This document shows positions 24,180-35,475 of a stretch of DNA of 64,000 nucleotides, piece after piece (positions within the stretch are counted from its first letter, which is position 1; every line of letters begins with the position of its first letter). The notes beneath the pieces were generated by a model. That model saw only the letters and a program-made list of their open reading frames with translations, made no database searches and was not told where the DNA came from. A program made the translations under genes and the position numbers. This stretch comes from Squalus acanthias (Eukaryota), in assembly GCA_030390025.1 (NCBI GenBank), contig CM059438.1, forward strand, positions 53,508,001-53,572,000, read 5' to 3'.

Positions 24180-24920
24180 GGCCCGGAATTTGCAGTCAGC
24201 GGCGAAACAAAGGCAGTCACTGCTGGCCCCGAAGAAAGCTTCACACAAAGATCTCAGGATCACTGAATTTGGGGTTTTCCAATGCGTAATTCAAATGAAC
24301 ACAAGTTAAGGGGGAATCCCAGCGAAGAGCTGCAGTGACGTCAACAAGCTGTCTAAGCAGCCAATCAAAACGCAGAATTCTCACAGACAGCGAACTTCTA
24401 AAATTCTAACCTTTTAAAAATGTTATAGAGATAGCAAAAGATTGGCGAGCTCACATGGGGAAAAGGCAAACCTGAAATAAAGATGAACAAATTTTTTTTT
24501 TTAATTAAATATTATTTAAAGTTTCTTAAATATTTAATTTTTATTAAAATGGATAAATTTGACACTGCACAAAAATAAAATTAGTTTTCAGGACCAATAC
24601 GCTGTTAATACCCCCGTTACACCTAATCCTTTTGGGTCTAACTTTTAGTGGGGAATTTAACAGCGGTATTACTGCGGAAGAGCCGAAGTTTTCATCAGTT
24701 TCCCTGATTTGAGAGATTTCACTGATTGCCGGCTGTGTGGGAGGTGGTTGGGGGGCACCACAGCGCAGCCTGTGTCGGAGCAGTGAGTGACAGTCCGCAA
24801 CTTCAGCATTTCCATGTTAGGCTGCACATGCGCTAAATCCTGAAGTTGCCGTCAGTTTCCAAGACGAAATGACGGCAAATGCTGCCAGTTCACCGTCATC
24901 AGGACCGCAAATTCCGGGCC
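24180..24920. mobile_element. Non-autonomous Harbinger-type MITE
   Basis: Perfect 14-bp TIR GGCCCGGAATTTGC / GCAAATTCCGGGCC and 3-bp TSD ATT. Confidence 0.88.
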
Positions 24921-25326
24921 ATTATATTTTAAGTTTCTTAATTAATTTGAGTGGGGATTTTCCCACCATGACAGAATGAAATCAAGAATTGACACATGCA
25001 TGTTACAACATTAACCCACTGGACTCTCAGGAAGAGCCACAATGGACTTTCTGCTTTTTGAAACAGGTGGTAATGGTTTTCAGGACTGAGTCAGTGATGA
25101 TGGTGCAAGATTACTTTGAAAGTAGTTCCACAGAGTTTCAGAGCCGCCTTTGCTGGGAAGGTGTTGGTGCAAGCAGGAGATCCAGTACGGTTCAGAATTT
25201 AAGGTCAGATCTGCGGACATTGGCAATTATCAAATGTCACAGCACGGTGACAAGCTGGAGTAAATCTTTGCCTCTCAAAGGCTCAGCTTTAACCCATTCA
25301 GGATCATTTTTATCTTTTGAGACAGA

Positions 25327-26179
25327 GAGCTGGATTTTACCAGCCCTGAGGAGGCGGGTTTGGAGGCGGGACTGCTGGGAAAATGGAAAAATTTGGAGCG
25401 GGTCCCAACCCCGCTCCCAACCTGCCTCCGAACTATCTTCCCAGGAGGTGGGTCCCCGACTTGCGCAGGGACCCATCTCCTAGTGCCGGAAAGGGGATTA
25501 GAGCCAATTACCTGCCTGTTAACTACATGTTTAGAGGCTTTTCACCATTTTCCACCTGCTGATTGCGGCCTTTCCGACGGCGGGAAACCCGCCAGGGTCA
25601 GCGAGGAGAGCTGTGGGTCTGCTGCAGTGTAAGTGTGCAAATGACAGCTGCAGAGGTAGTGCGATGGGTGCAATGGTGCACAGGTAAGTATGACAGGTGA
25701 GAAAATGTAGTGAGAAATATTTTTATTCTGTTTATATGTATCTGCAGGTGACAAGATTTGATGTTTCTGTGAAGCCTCATCTGATCGGGAGAATTGACAG
25801 ATGGCTTCTGCAATCTCACATGCAGCTGCCATCTGTTTTCTCCTAAGGAGAGAGTCATGGTGAGCCTGGGTGAAAGGGCTCACCTTTGGACAGTGATTGT
25901 CAGTGTTTGACAGCACCTCAATGCTGTCAAACACTGTCAAATCATCTGTCAAAAAATTATGGGGCCTGTCACTTTAACAAAACCAGCAGATGAAGCATCA
26001 TGCACTGACATTATCTGACACCGGCTTTCCCTTAATTGGCCGGCAAGCCCGCAGGGCGGGCTTAACAAGGTCAATCAGGGCAAAATAGCATCTGTTCGTC
26101 AGATGTCGCTGGGGCGGGACTAGAACCCGGAAACCAGCAGTCCCACCCCCAACATGCCTCCTCAGGTAAGATCCCGGCC
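25327..26179. mobile_element. Older Harbinger-type MITE
   Basis: Imperfect TIR GAGCTGGATTTTACC / GGTAAGATCCCGGCC, subterminal CTGAGGAGGC / GCCTCCTCAG, TSD AGA. Confidence 0.65.
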
Positions 26180-26504
26180 AGAGTGTTCAAGGGGGGTAGG
26201 GGGAGACATGAGAGTTATCTCCAAAAGTAACTGCAAGCACTCCTGTATCTACAGTAAAACCACCAAGCCTGGGCATCAGTTGTTTCTGAAATTGGGACGA
26301 TATATTGATATGAGTTGCTGTTCAAGCACTTGAGAAGGGAAAATTTACCTGGAGTTTAAGGGGAAAATCAAATTATATATTTTTTAAAAAGAGTGCAGTC
26401 TAAGTGGTTCCTGCACAATGCTGTGTATCAAGGAAAATAGTTTTTTGGAAATTAACATTAAAGATTGACAATTACTGTCAGTCCAAAAATACCAGTCCAG
26501 TCTA

Positions 26505-26640
26505 ATAAAAAGGCAAAGTATTGTGTATGCTGGAAATCTGAAATAAAAATAGAAAATGCTGGAAATACTCAGCAGGTCAGGCGGCATCTGTGGAGAGAGA
26601 AACAGAGTTAACGTTTCAGATCGATGACATTTCGTCAATG
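26505..26640 (-). mobile_element. Penelope pLTR remnant with degenerate hammerhead
   Basis: Reverse complement matches 30300-30395 (TGACGAAATGTCATCGATCTGAAACGTTAACTCTG). Confidence 0.8.
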
Positions 26641-27228
26641 TTCTAGTTGCGCCTGAGGCAACTAGTATGTAGGAATGCATGGTGAAGCTGCACTGAAGAA
26701 TGGGTCTCAGACATGCTCAGTCACATTGATAACACTACGACATGAAATAGTTAATGTGCTCAGGAGAGTGAGAACACAGGGTATCACTACTGATTTAAAC
26801 TTGTTAATCAAGGCACTGTCACATGCTCCATAGAGACACCGACTAGTTAATGAAATAATCAGGATAGAGTTAAACACACTGGTACCTGTCAAAGGGATTG
26901 AATTTAAAGTAAGGAGGGACATAAAATTTAGATTTCTAAAATTTAGGGTTGGGTTCCTTTGAGTTAACAATGAAATCGGAACAACTGAGGGCTAGGGAGA
27001 AATAATACTTAGCCAGAATTATCCACAAGATGCATAATGGTACAAAAGTGAGATGGGGGATCTTTTAAATCCTGGGGATGATTTCTTGACATATAATAGT
27101 ATTTGGAATTTAGTTCTCACTGTAGTTTTCTATACAATGTATTATGATTTTCTTTGTCTGTATCAGGGTGTGTAATATTAATCAAATGAAACTTAGTCCA
27201 GAAGAGCAGATAACTCAAGATAGGTAAT

Positions 27229-28505
27229 GCTTGCCCGAGAACTGTCAGGGCAAAGGGTGACCGGAAACCGTCATGGCAATGCCTGCCCGGGAATCTTCAG
27301 GGCAAAGGTCGCCAAGGGACTGTCAGGGCAAAAGCCGCCTGAGAACCGTCATGGCAACACTCGCCCAGGAAGTGTCAGGGCAAAGGTCAGCCGGGGTTAG
27401 GGATAATAGGTCTGTACTCCAATTGGCAGGATGTAACTAGTGTCCCCCAGGGATCTGTACTGGGGCCGCAGCTTTTCACTATATTTATAAATGACTTGGA
27501 TGAAGCAATAGAGAGCCGTATATCCAAGTTTGCTGATGATACTAAGTTAGGTGGCACAGTAAATAATGTAGATGGGAACGGAAAGTGGCAGAGGGACATT
27601 CATAGATTAATTGAGTGGGCAAAACTGGCAGATGGCGTTCAGTGTGGGGAAATGTGAGTTCATCCACTTTGGACCGAAGAAAGATAAATCAGCGTATTTT
27701 CTAAATGGTGAGAAGCTGGGAACTGTGGATGAGCAGAGAGATTTAGGGGTCCAGGTACAGAAATCACTAAAAGCTCGTGGACAGGTACAAAAAATAATGG
27801 AAAAGGCTATTGGAATGTTGGCCTTTATCTCAAGAGGGCTGGAATACAAAGAGGTGTAAAGTTCTGTTATAGCCGTACCGAGCTCTGGTTAGACTCCATC
27901 GGGACACTGCTCTCAGTTCTGGGCACCGCACCTCAGGAAGGACACACTGGCCTTGGCCAAGTGGAGCACAGATTCACCAGAATGATACTGGGGCTAAAAG
28001 GGTTAAATTATAAGGACAGGTTACATGGACTAGGCTTGTATTCCCTCGAGTTTAGAAGATTAAGGGGTGATCTAATTGAGGTGTTTAAGATGATTAAAGG
28101 AGTTGAGAGGGTAGATAGAGAGACACTATTTCCACTGGTGGGGGAGTCCAGAACAAGGGGGCAGAACCTCAAACTTAGAGCTCGGCTGTTCAAGGGGTGA
28201 AATCAGGAAGCACCTCTTCACACAAAGGGTGGTGAAATCTGGAACTCTCTCCCCCAAAACTGTTGTGGATGTTGGGGGTCAAATGCAAATTTCAAAACTG
28301 AGATTGATAGAATTTTGTTAGGCATGGGTAATAAGGGTTAGGGTTAGGTGGGTAGATGGAGTTAAGTTACAGATCAGCCATGATCTAATTGAATTGCGGA
28401 ACTGGCTTGAGGGGCTGAATGGCCGACTCCTGTTCCTATGTTCCTTTGGAACCGTCAGGGCAAAGCTTGCTCGTGAACTGTCAGGGCAAAGGTCACCCGG
28501 GAACA
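27229..28505. repeat. Degenerate ~27-bp repeat (GAACTGTCAGGGCAAAGG core), split by a CR1 insertion
   Basis: Units at 27229-27390 resume at 28449-28505. Confidence 0.7.
27392..28446 (+). mobile_element. 5'-truncated CR1 LINE
   Basis: PQGSVLGP, KFADDTKLGG, C-terminus and 3' UTR ending CCTGTTCCTATGTTCCT. Confidence 0.9.
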
Positions 28506-28509
28506 GTGA

Positions 28510-30400
28510 GATGGAACTTATCTCTTCCTATCTCGACTCTATTTTTTCTCCCCTTGTCCAGTCTCTTCCCACCTACATCCGCGACTCTTCCGATGCCCTC
28601 CGCCATTTTAACAGTTTCCAGTTTCCCGGCCCCAACCGTCTCCTCTTCACTATGGACGTACAATCCCTCTACACCTCCATTCCCCACCAGGATGGCCTGA
28701 GGGCGCTCCACTTCTTCCTTGAACAGAGGCCCAACCAGTCCCCATCCACCACCACCCTCCTCCGCCTGGCTGAACTTGTTCTCACATTGAACAACTTCTC
28801 CTTTGACTCTACCCATTTCCTCCAAATTAAAGGTGTTGCTATGGGTACCCGCATGGGTCCTAGCTATGCCTGCCTTTTCGTGTGATCTGTGGAACACTCT
28901 TTGTTCCAGTCCTACTTGGGTCCCCTCCCTCACCTCTTTTTCCGGTACATTGATGACTGTATCGGTGCCGTCTCCTGCTCTCGCCCTGAACTAGAACATT
29001 TCATTCACTATGCTTCCAATTTCCACCCTTCCCTCACCTTCACATGGTCCATCTCCGACTCTTCCCTTCCCTTCCTCGACTTCTCCATCTCCATCTCTGG
29101 GGATAGGTTATTGACTAACATTCACTACAAGCCCACTGACTCCCACAGCTACCTGGACTACACTTCCTCCCACCCCGCCTCCTGTAAGGACTCTATTCCA
29201 TTCTCCCAGTTTCTCCGTCTCCGCCGCATCTGCTCTGATGATGCCACCTTCCATACCAGTGCTTCCGACATGTCTTCCTTTTTCCTCAACCGAGGATTCC
29301 CCTCTACCATGGTCGACACGGCCCTCGACCGTGTCCGTTCTATCTCCCGCACTTCTGCCCTCACCCCTGCCCCTCCCTCCCGGAACCACGATAGGGTCCC
29401 CCTTGTCCTCACCTTTCACCCCACCAGCCTCCACATTCAACGGATCATCCTCCGCCATTTCCGCCACCTCCAGCGTGATCCCACCACCAAACACATCTTC
29501 CCCTCACCTCCCCTTTCAGCATTCCGCAGGGACCGCTCCCTCCGCGACACCCTAGTCCACTCCTCTATCACCCCCAGCACCCCTTCCCCTTCGCCCGGCA
29601 CCTTCCCGTGCACGCACAGGAGATGCAACACATGCCCTTATACCTCCCCTCTTCCCACTGTCCAGGGCCCCAAACACCCCTTCCAGGTGAAACAGCGATT
29701 TACTTGTACTTCCTGCAATTTAGTATACTGTATTCGCTGCTCACGATGTGGTCTCCTCTACATTGGGGAGACCAAACGCAGATTGGGTGACCGCTTTGCG
29801 GAACACCTCCGTTCAGTCTGTAAGGGGGACCCCGAGCTCCCGGTCGCCTGTCACTTTAATTCACCGCTTCACTCCCACTCTGACCTCACCGTCCTCGGCC
29901 TATTACACTGTTCCACGGAAGCGCAGCGTAAGCTCAAGGAACAGCACCTCATCTTTCGTTTAGGCACGCTACAGCCCTCTGGACTCAATATCGAGTTCAA
30001 CAATTTTAGATCATAACCTCAGCTCCAATCACATTTATATTTTATTTTTTCCACCCTTTTATTTGCCCCCCCCCCCACCTTTTTTTTTCCTCCTAGAAGC
30101 TGGCAGCTGTCCTTCATTCTGCCTGTGGATTTCACACTTCTTTCAGCCTTAATCTGTCACATTAACACCATCTCTAGCCTTGCATATCTCTTAATGTCTC
30201 TTAATGTCTCTTCATCTCCCCCTTTGTTCCTTTATCCCCTCCCCCTTTTCCCAGCTTTACCCTGGCCTTAAATCTATTTGATTTCCGGCTCTTCCCAGTT
30301 CTGATGAAAGGTCATCGACCTGAAACGTTAACTCTCTTTCTCTCTCCACGGATGCTGCCTGGCCTGCTGAGTTTTTCCAGCGTTTTCTGTTATTTTGGAT
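28510..30400 (+). mobile_element. 5'-truncated Penelope-like element (RT, GIY-YIG, pLTR)
   Basis: MDVQSLYTSIP, GVAMGTRMGP, RYIDD, YCIRCSRCGLLYIGET...RFAEH, PSGLN. Single stop at 28883-28885. Confidence 0.93.
30297..30333 (+). ncRNA. Minimal type I hammerhead ribozyme in the Penelope pLTR
   Basis: Stem I AGTT/AACT, CTGATGA(A), stem II AGGTC-ATC-GACCT, GAA, palindromic ACGT stem III. Predicted cleavage after GUU at 30329. Confidence 0.8.
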
Positions 30401-30455
30401 AAAGGAATGGACTTGAAATTCTGGAGCCACAGGGAGTTTATTCGGTAAAAGAGCA

Positions 30456-32108
30456 CAGAATCATGGCATTATAGAATGATTCAGCATAGAAGGCAGCCAT
30501 TCAGGCCCATTGTGCCTGTGCCGGCTGTCTGAAAGAGCTCTCCAATTAGTCCCACTCCCCTGCTCTTTCCCTATAGCCATTCAAATATTTCCTTTCCAAG
30601 TATTTATCCCATCCCCTTTGGAAAGTTGTTATTGAATCTGCTTCCACCACCCTATCAGGCAGTGCATTCCAGATCATAACAACTCGCTGCGTAAAACAAT
30701 GATTCCTCCTGTCGCCTCTGGCTCTTTTGCCAATTACCTTAAATCTGTGTCCTCTGGTTACCGACCCTGCCACTGGAAACAGTTTCTCCTTATTTACTCT
30801 ATCAAAACCCTTCAAGATTTTCAACAACTCTATCAAATCTCCCCTTAACCTTCTCTGCTCTAAGGAGAACAACCCCAGCTTCTCTAAGTCTCTCCACACA
30901 ACTGAAGTCCCTCATCCCTGGTACCATTCTAGTAAATCTCTCTAAGGCCTTGACATCCTTCCTAAAGTGTAGTGTGCAGAATTGGCCACAATACTCCAGC
31001 TGGGGTCTTCTCAATTTGCCCTGCCACCTTCAAAGACTTGTGCACGTATACCCCCAGGTCTCTCTGTTCCTGCACCCCCTTTAGAATTGTACCCTTTAGT
31101 TTATATTGCCTTTCCTCATCAAAATGAATCACTTCACATTTCTCTGAGTTAAATTTCACCTGCCATTTGTCTGCCCATTTCACCACTTTGTCTATGTCCT
31201 CCTGAAATCTTTTAATACCCTTTTGTTTTTATTCATTCTCGGGATATGGGCGTCACTGGCAAGGCCAGCAATGATTGCCCTTTCCTAATTGCCCTCGAGA
31301 AGGTGGTGGTGAGCCGACATTGAAGTCCCCCACCCAGAGTATCCTCCTCACTCTTTACTACATTTCCGAGTTTCGTGTCATCTGCAAACTTTGAAATTAT
31401 GCCCTGTATACCCGATTCCAGGTCATTAAAATATATCAAAAAGAGCCGTGTTCCCAGGACCGACCCCCAGGGAACATTGCTTTATACTTCCCTCCTGTCT
31501 GAAAACCAGCCATTCACCGGTACCCTCTGCTTTCTGTCCCTTCACCAATTTAGTAGCCATGCAGCCACTGTCCCTTTAATCCCATGGGCTTCAATTTTGC
31601 TAACAAGTCTATCATGTGGTACTTTATCAAATGCCTTTTGAAAGTCCATATACACAACATCAACCACACTACCCTCATCAACTCTCTCTGTTACTTCATC
31701 AAAGAACTCAATCAAGTTAGTCAAATACGATTTGCCGTTAACAAATCTGTGCTGGCTTTCATTAAGTAACACATATTTGTCTCTAAAAGTTTCCCCATCA
31801 CCGACATTAGGCTGACTGGCCTGCAGTAGCCGGGTTTATCCCTCTCCCCTTATTTGAACATTGTTGTAACATTTGCAATCCTCCAGTCCTCTGGCACCAC
31901 TCCCATATCTAAGGAGGATTGGACGATTGTGGCCAGAGCCTCCGCGATTTCCACCCTTACGTTCCTCAGCAGATTAGAATGCATTACATCCGGACCAGGT
32001 GATTTTTCTACTTTGAGTGCTGCCAACCTTTTAAGTACCTCCTCTTTATCTATTTTTATCCTATCCACTTTCTCTACTACCTCCTCCTTTACTGCGACAT
32101 TGGTAGTA
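30456..32108 (-). mobile_element. 5'-truncated CR1 LINE containing a short Zenon-like 3'-end insertion (about 31221-31340)
   Basis: Minus-strand ORFs 30546-32068 (KSPGPD, DFQKAFDKVPH, FADDTKLG, TRGH). Tail at about 30456-30490. Confidence 0.88.
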
Positions 32109-32619
32109 TAGAATCAGAGAATCATTGGCCTAGAAATTCGGGTGGTTTGCGCCACCCGTTAGCGCGGCGTAATGTCGAGAAAGCGGCGGCCGCGCTCTTC
32201 CGGCAGCTGCTGGCAGATCCCGCGGCGTCCTCCATTTTCATGGGCCCGGTAGCACTGCCGTTAAGAGGTGTCGCCCTGCAAAGAAAAATGGCGGAGTGAT
32301 GACGTCAGTCGGCGTGCAACACCGACTTAACATCACCATGCCGAACTTCGACCCTAGCGCTGAGTTCAGCGCTGGGTCCTAAGCACGCCAGGTAAACCCA
32401 ACGTGCAAGCAGGCTGACAGTGGCGCTGTCAGCACCTCTTAAATGGACACGCACATCTTTCAGGTAAGTTTGCATTTAAGCTTTTGGACTGGGTTATTTT
32501 TTTTTTATTTTAATGAAGTGGTGGCTTGCTGCAATAGATGTTAAAAGTTTTTTTAAGTGTATAGGGAGTGCTGCTGGATGCTTGCAAGGCCTTGGCTGGT
32601 AAAGGAAGGCCTCTGAGAA

Positions 32620-32762
32620 GACAGAAAATGCTACAAATACTCAGCAGATCAGGCAACATCCGTGGAAAGAGAAACAGAGTTCACATCTCAGGTCGAGATG
32701 CTGCCTGACCTGCTGAGTATTTCCAGCATTTTATGCCGTCTTTTTAGATTTACAGCATCTGC
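32620..32762. mobile_element. Penelope pLTR fold-back remnant
   Basis: Inverted then direct copies of the GATGCTGCCTGACCTGCTGAGTATTTCCAGC segment. Confidence 0.75.
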
Positions 32763-32974
32763 TCGCAGAGGGAAGAGGAAGGCTTAGAAGAGGAAGAAAC
32801 AAAGAGGAGGAAGTAGAAGAGGAGGAAGCACTGGTCTGAGGTCATGAAGCTTCTTTGGGCACTGGAGCCAGGTGGTGGGGGCGACACTGCTGGCAGTGAT
32901 GGCCTCGGTGATGTAGTCCCACATCGTTATTTCTGGAGGGCCTCCTGGCCCCTGTGGGTAGAGGAGATCTCTTG

Positions 32975-33050
32975 AAAGAAAAGAAAGAAAGAAAGACTTG
33001 CATTTATATAACACCTTTCACGACCACCGGACGTCCCAAAGCGCTTTACA
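32975..33050 (-). mobile_element. L2/SINE-type 3' tail fragment
   Basis: Reverse complement TGTAAAGCGCTTTGGGACGTCC...TATATAAATGCAAGTC(TTTC)n. Confidence 0.65.
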
Positions 33051-33404
33051 GGCAGTAAGGGCTGAAAACTGCATTTTTTCACTTCATTTTAATTTTTATT
33101 AGTTCTGAGCGCATTGTCCTTTAATTCATATTTAATTGATTTATTTACAATAAATTCATTTAATTCCCACAATTCCTTGCGAACTCCACAGCCTCGCTCC
33201 CAGAGGCTGCTCGAAGCTGGAACGCTGCTTCAGGACGGGAACTTCGACTTCCAGGCCTGCACTAACGCCACCAGGAGGGCATCAGACAGTAAGTCAGCGC
33301 TGGGCTAAAAATCTTTAGCCCCCAGCGCAAATTCTTCTCGGGTAGCACTGCGTCCATTTTCAGCAGCCGTAAACCCGAGTTGCCGGTGACACCTGTTTAA
33401 CTCG

Positions 33405-34508
33405 GCTAAATCTAACTGAATTATGGTCACTAGCACCAAAATGCTCTCCCACTGATACCCCTTCCACCTGCCCAGCTTGATTCCCTAAAACCAAGTCCAG
33501 AACTGCTCCCCCTTTTGTTGGGCTTGCTATGTACTGGCTAAAAAAGTTCTCCTGAATGCATTTTATGAATTCTGCACCCTCTATACCTTTTATCCAGCCC
33601 TTCCTCCTGCACCATCTCTCCAGCCACGCATTCATCTGCTCTATCCTCCTATTTCTGTACTCACTAGCGAGTGGCACCGGGGGTAATCTTTGAGGTCCTG
33701 CTTAGTAATCTTTTTCCTAGCTCCCTAAAATCTGCCTGCAGGACCTCATCCCTCTTTCTACCTATGTCGTCGGTACCGATATGGACCACGACCTCTGGCT
33801 GTTCACCCTCCCCCCTCAGTATGTTCTGCAGCCGCTCAGTGACATCCTTGACCCTGGCACCAGGGAGGCAACATACCATCCTGGAGTCACATCTGTGGCT
33901 GCAGAAACGCTTGACTGTGCCCGTAACTATTGAATCCCCTATCACGATTGCTTTTCTGATTTTCCCTCGAGTTCTTTTGCCAATTATTTTAAATCTGTGA
34001 CCTCTGGTTACCGACCCACTTGCCAGAGGAAACCGCTTCTCCCTGCTTGCCCGACCAAAACTCTTCATAATTTTGAACACCTCTATTATCTCCCCTTAAA
34101 CTTCTCTGCTCTATGAAGAACAATCCCAGCTTCTCCAACTGAAGTCCCTCATCCCTTGTATCATCTGGTAAACCTCCTCTGTATACTCCCCAAGGCCTTG
34201 ACATCCTTCCTAAAGTGTGGCGCCCAGAACTGTACACAATACTCCAGCTGAGGCCTATCCAGTGATTTGTAAAGTGTTTTTGTATTCAATGCCCCTATTT
34301 ACAAAGTCAAGTATCCCATACGTTTTCTTAACTGCCTTCTCAACTTGCCCTGCCACCCTCAAGGATTTGGGAATATGCACCCCCAGGTCCCTCTGCTCTT
34401 GCACCCCCTCAAAGTAGGACCATTTAGATTATACTGCCTCCCCGTGTTGTTTCTCCCATAGTGCATCACTTCACACTTATCCACATTAAATTACATCTGC
34501 CATGTGTC
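33405..34508 (-). mobile_element. Rearranged CR1 fragments (ORF2 C-terminus joined to ORF1 esterase and endonuclease pieces)
   Basis: ORF 33664-34080 fuses TRGHRFK to VIGDSIV...HIGTDD. ORF 33360-33677 contains SDHN. Confidence 0.8.
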
Positions 34509-34509
34509 A

Positions 34510-35394
34510 GCGGCAATCAGTGTGTGCAACGTCTCGGTTTTATGAAGGAGGTTCTCACTGAAATCTACCACCTGCTGTGGGCAGACCTTCAGCCTCAGGC
34601 CAGGGCGAGGATGGCATTGCCAGTGGCTGTAAGGGTGACCGTGGCCTTGAACTTCATTGTGTCCATCTCCTTCCAGGCTGGAGCCGGCGACATCAGTAAC
34701 ATCTCCCAGTTCGCCGTGCACTCCTGTATAAGGGAGGTGAGAGAGGCTCTGTATGCAAGGAGAGCTCAATACATTTCATTCCCTCTTCCCAGAGAGAAGC
34801 AGGCGGAGTGAGCCCACGGCTTCGCCAGGATAGCAGGCTTCCCCATGGTGCAGGGTCCCATTGACCGCACACAAGTCGCTTTGCGTGCGCCGCATCTCAA
34901 TTTGGAGATGTACCGCAACTGGAAGGCATTCCATACAGGTCAATGCCCGGTATCCTGGCAGCAGTCATGATGCCTTCATTCTGCGCCAGTCCGCTGTGCC
35001 ATCAGCATTGGAGCCACCACAAAAAACCAGAGGGTGGCTACTGGGTGACAAGGGCCATCCGCTGACCACCCGGCTCATGACTCTGCTCCACAACCCACAC
35101 ACACATGGGCAGCATGCATACAATGAGAGCCATGCTGCCACACGCAATCTGATAGAGCAGACAATTGGTGTCCTTAAACAACGCTTCCACTACCTGGACC
35201 GCTCTGGAAGAGCCCTGCAGTACTCGCCAGAGCGCGTCTCAAGATTCGTTGTGGTCTGCTGCATGCTCCACAACCTCACCGTCATGAGGGCACAGCCCTT
35301 GCCACCAGGCATACAGCGACCAGCTGAGGAGGAGGACGAAGAGGTTGAGGAGGAGGACTATCACAGTGCCCTCTTGGCCACAATGCTACAATAA
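34510..35394 (+). pseudogene. Harbinger (HARBI1-like) transposase, disrupted
   Basis: LPVAVRVTVALNF, YPGSSHDAFIL, WLLGDKG, IEQTIGVLKQRF, CCMLHN. Confidence 0.9.
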
Positions 35395-35475
35395 AAGCCA
35401 CCACAAAACAAACATTCCAATTCAGACCATTACAATATTTCATACAAAAGTCAACTAATCACCCTTGTGCATTCC

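Noticed and set aside
24989..25483. 164-aa ORF or possible exon after TTTTTGAAACAG at about 25066
   Set aside because: No recognisable protein, no partner exons, and its 3' part lies inside a MITE.
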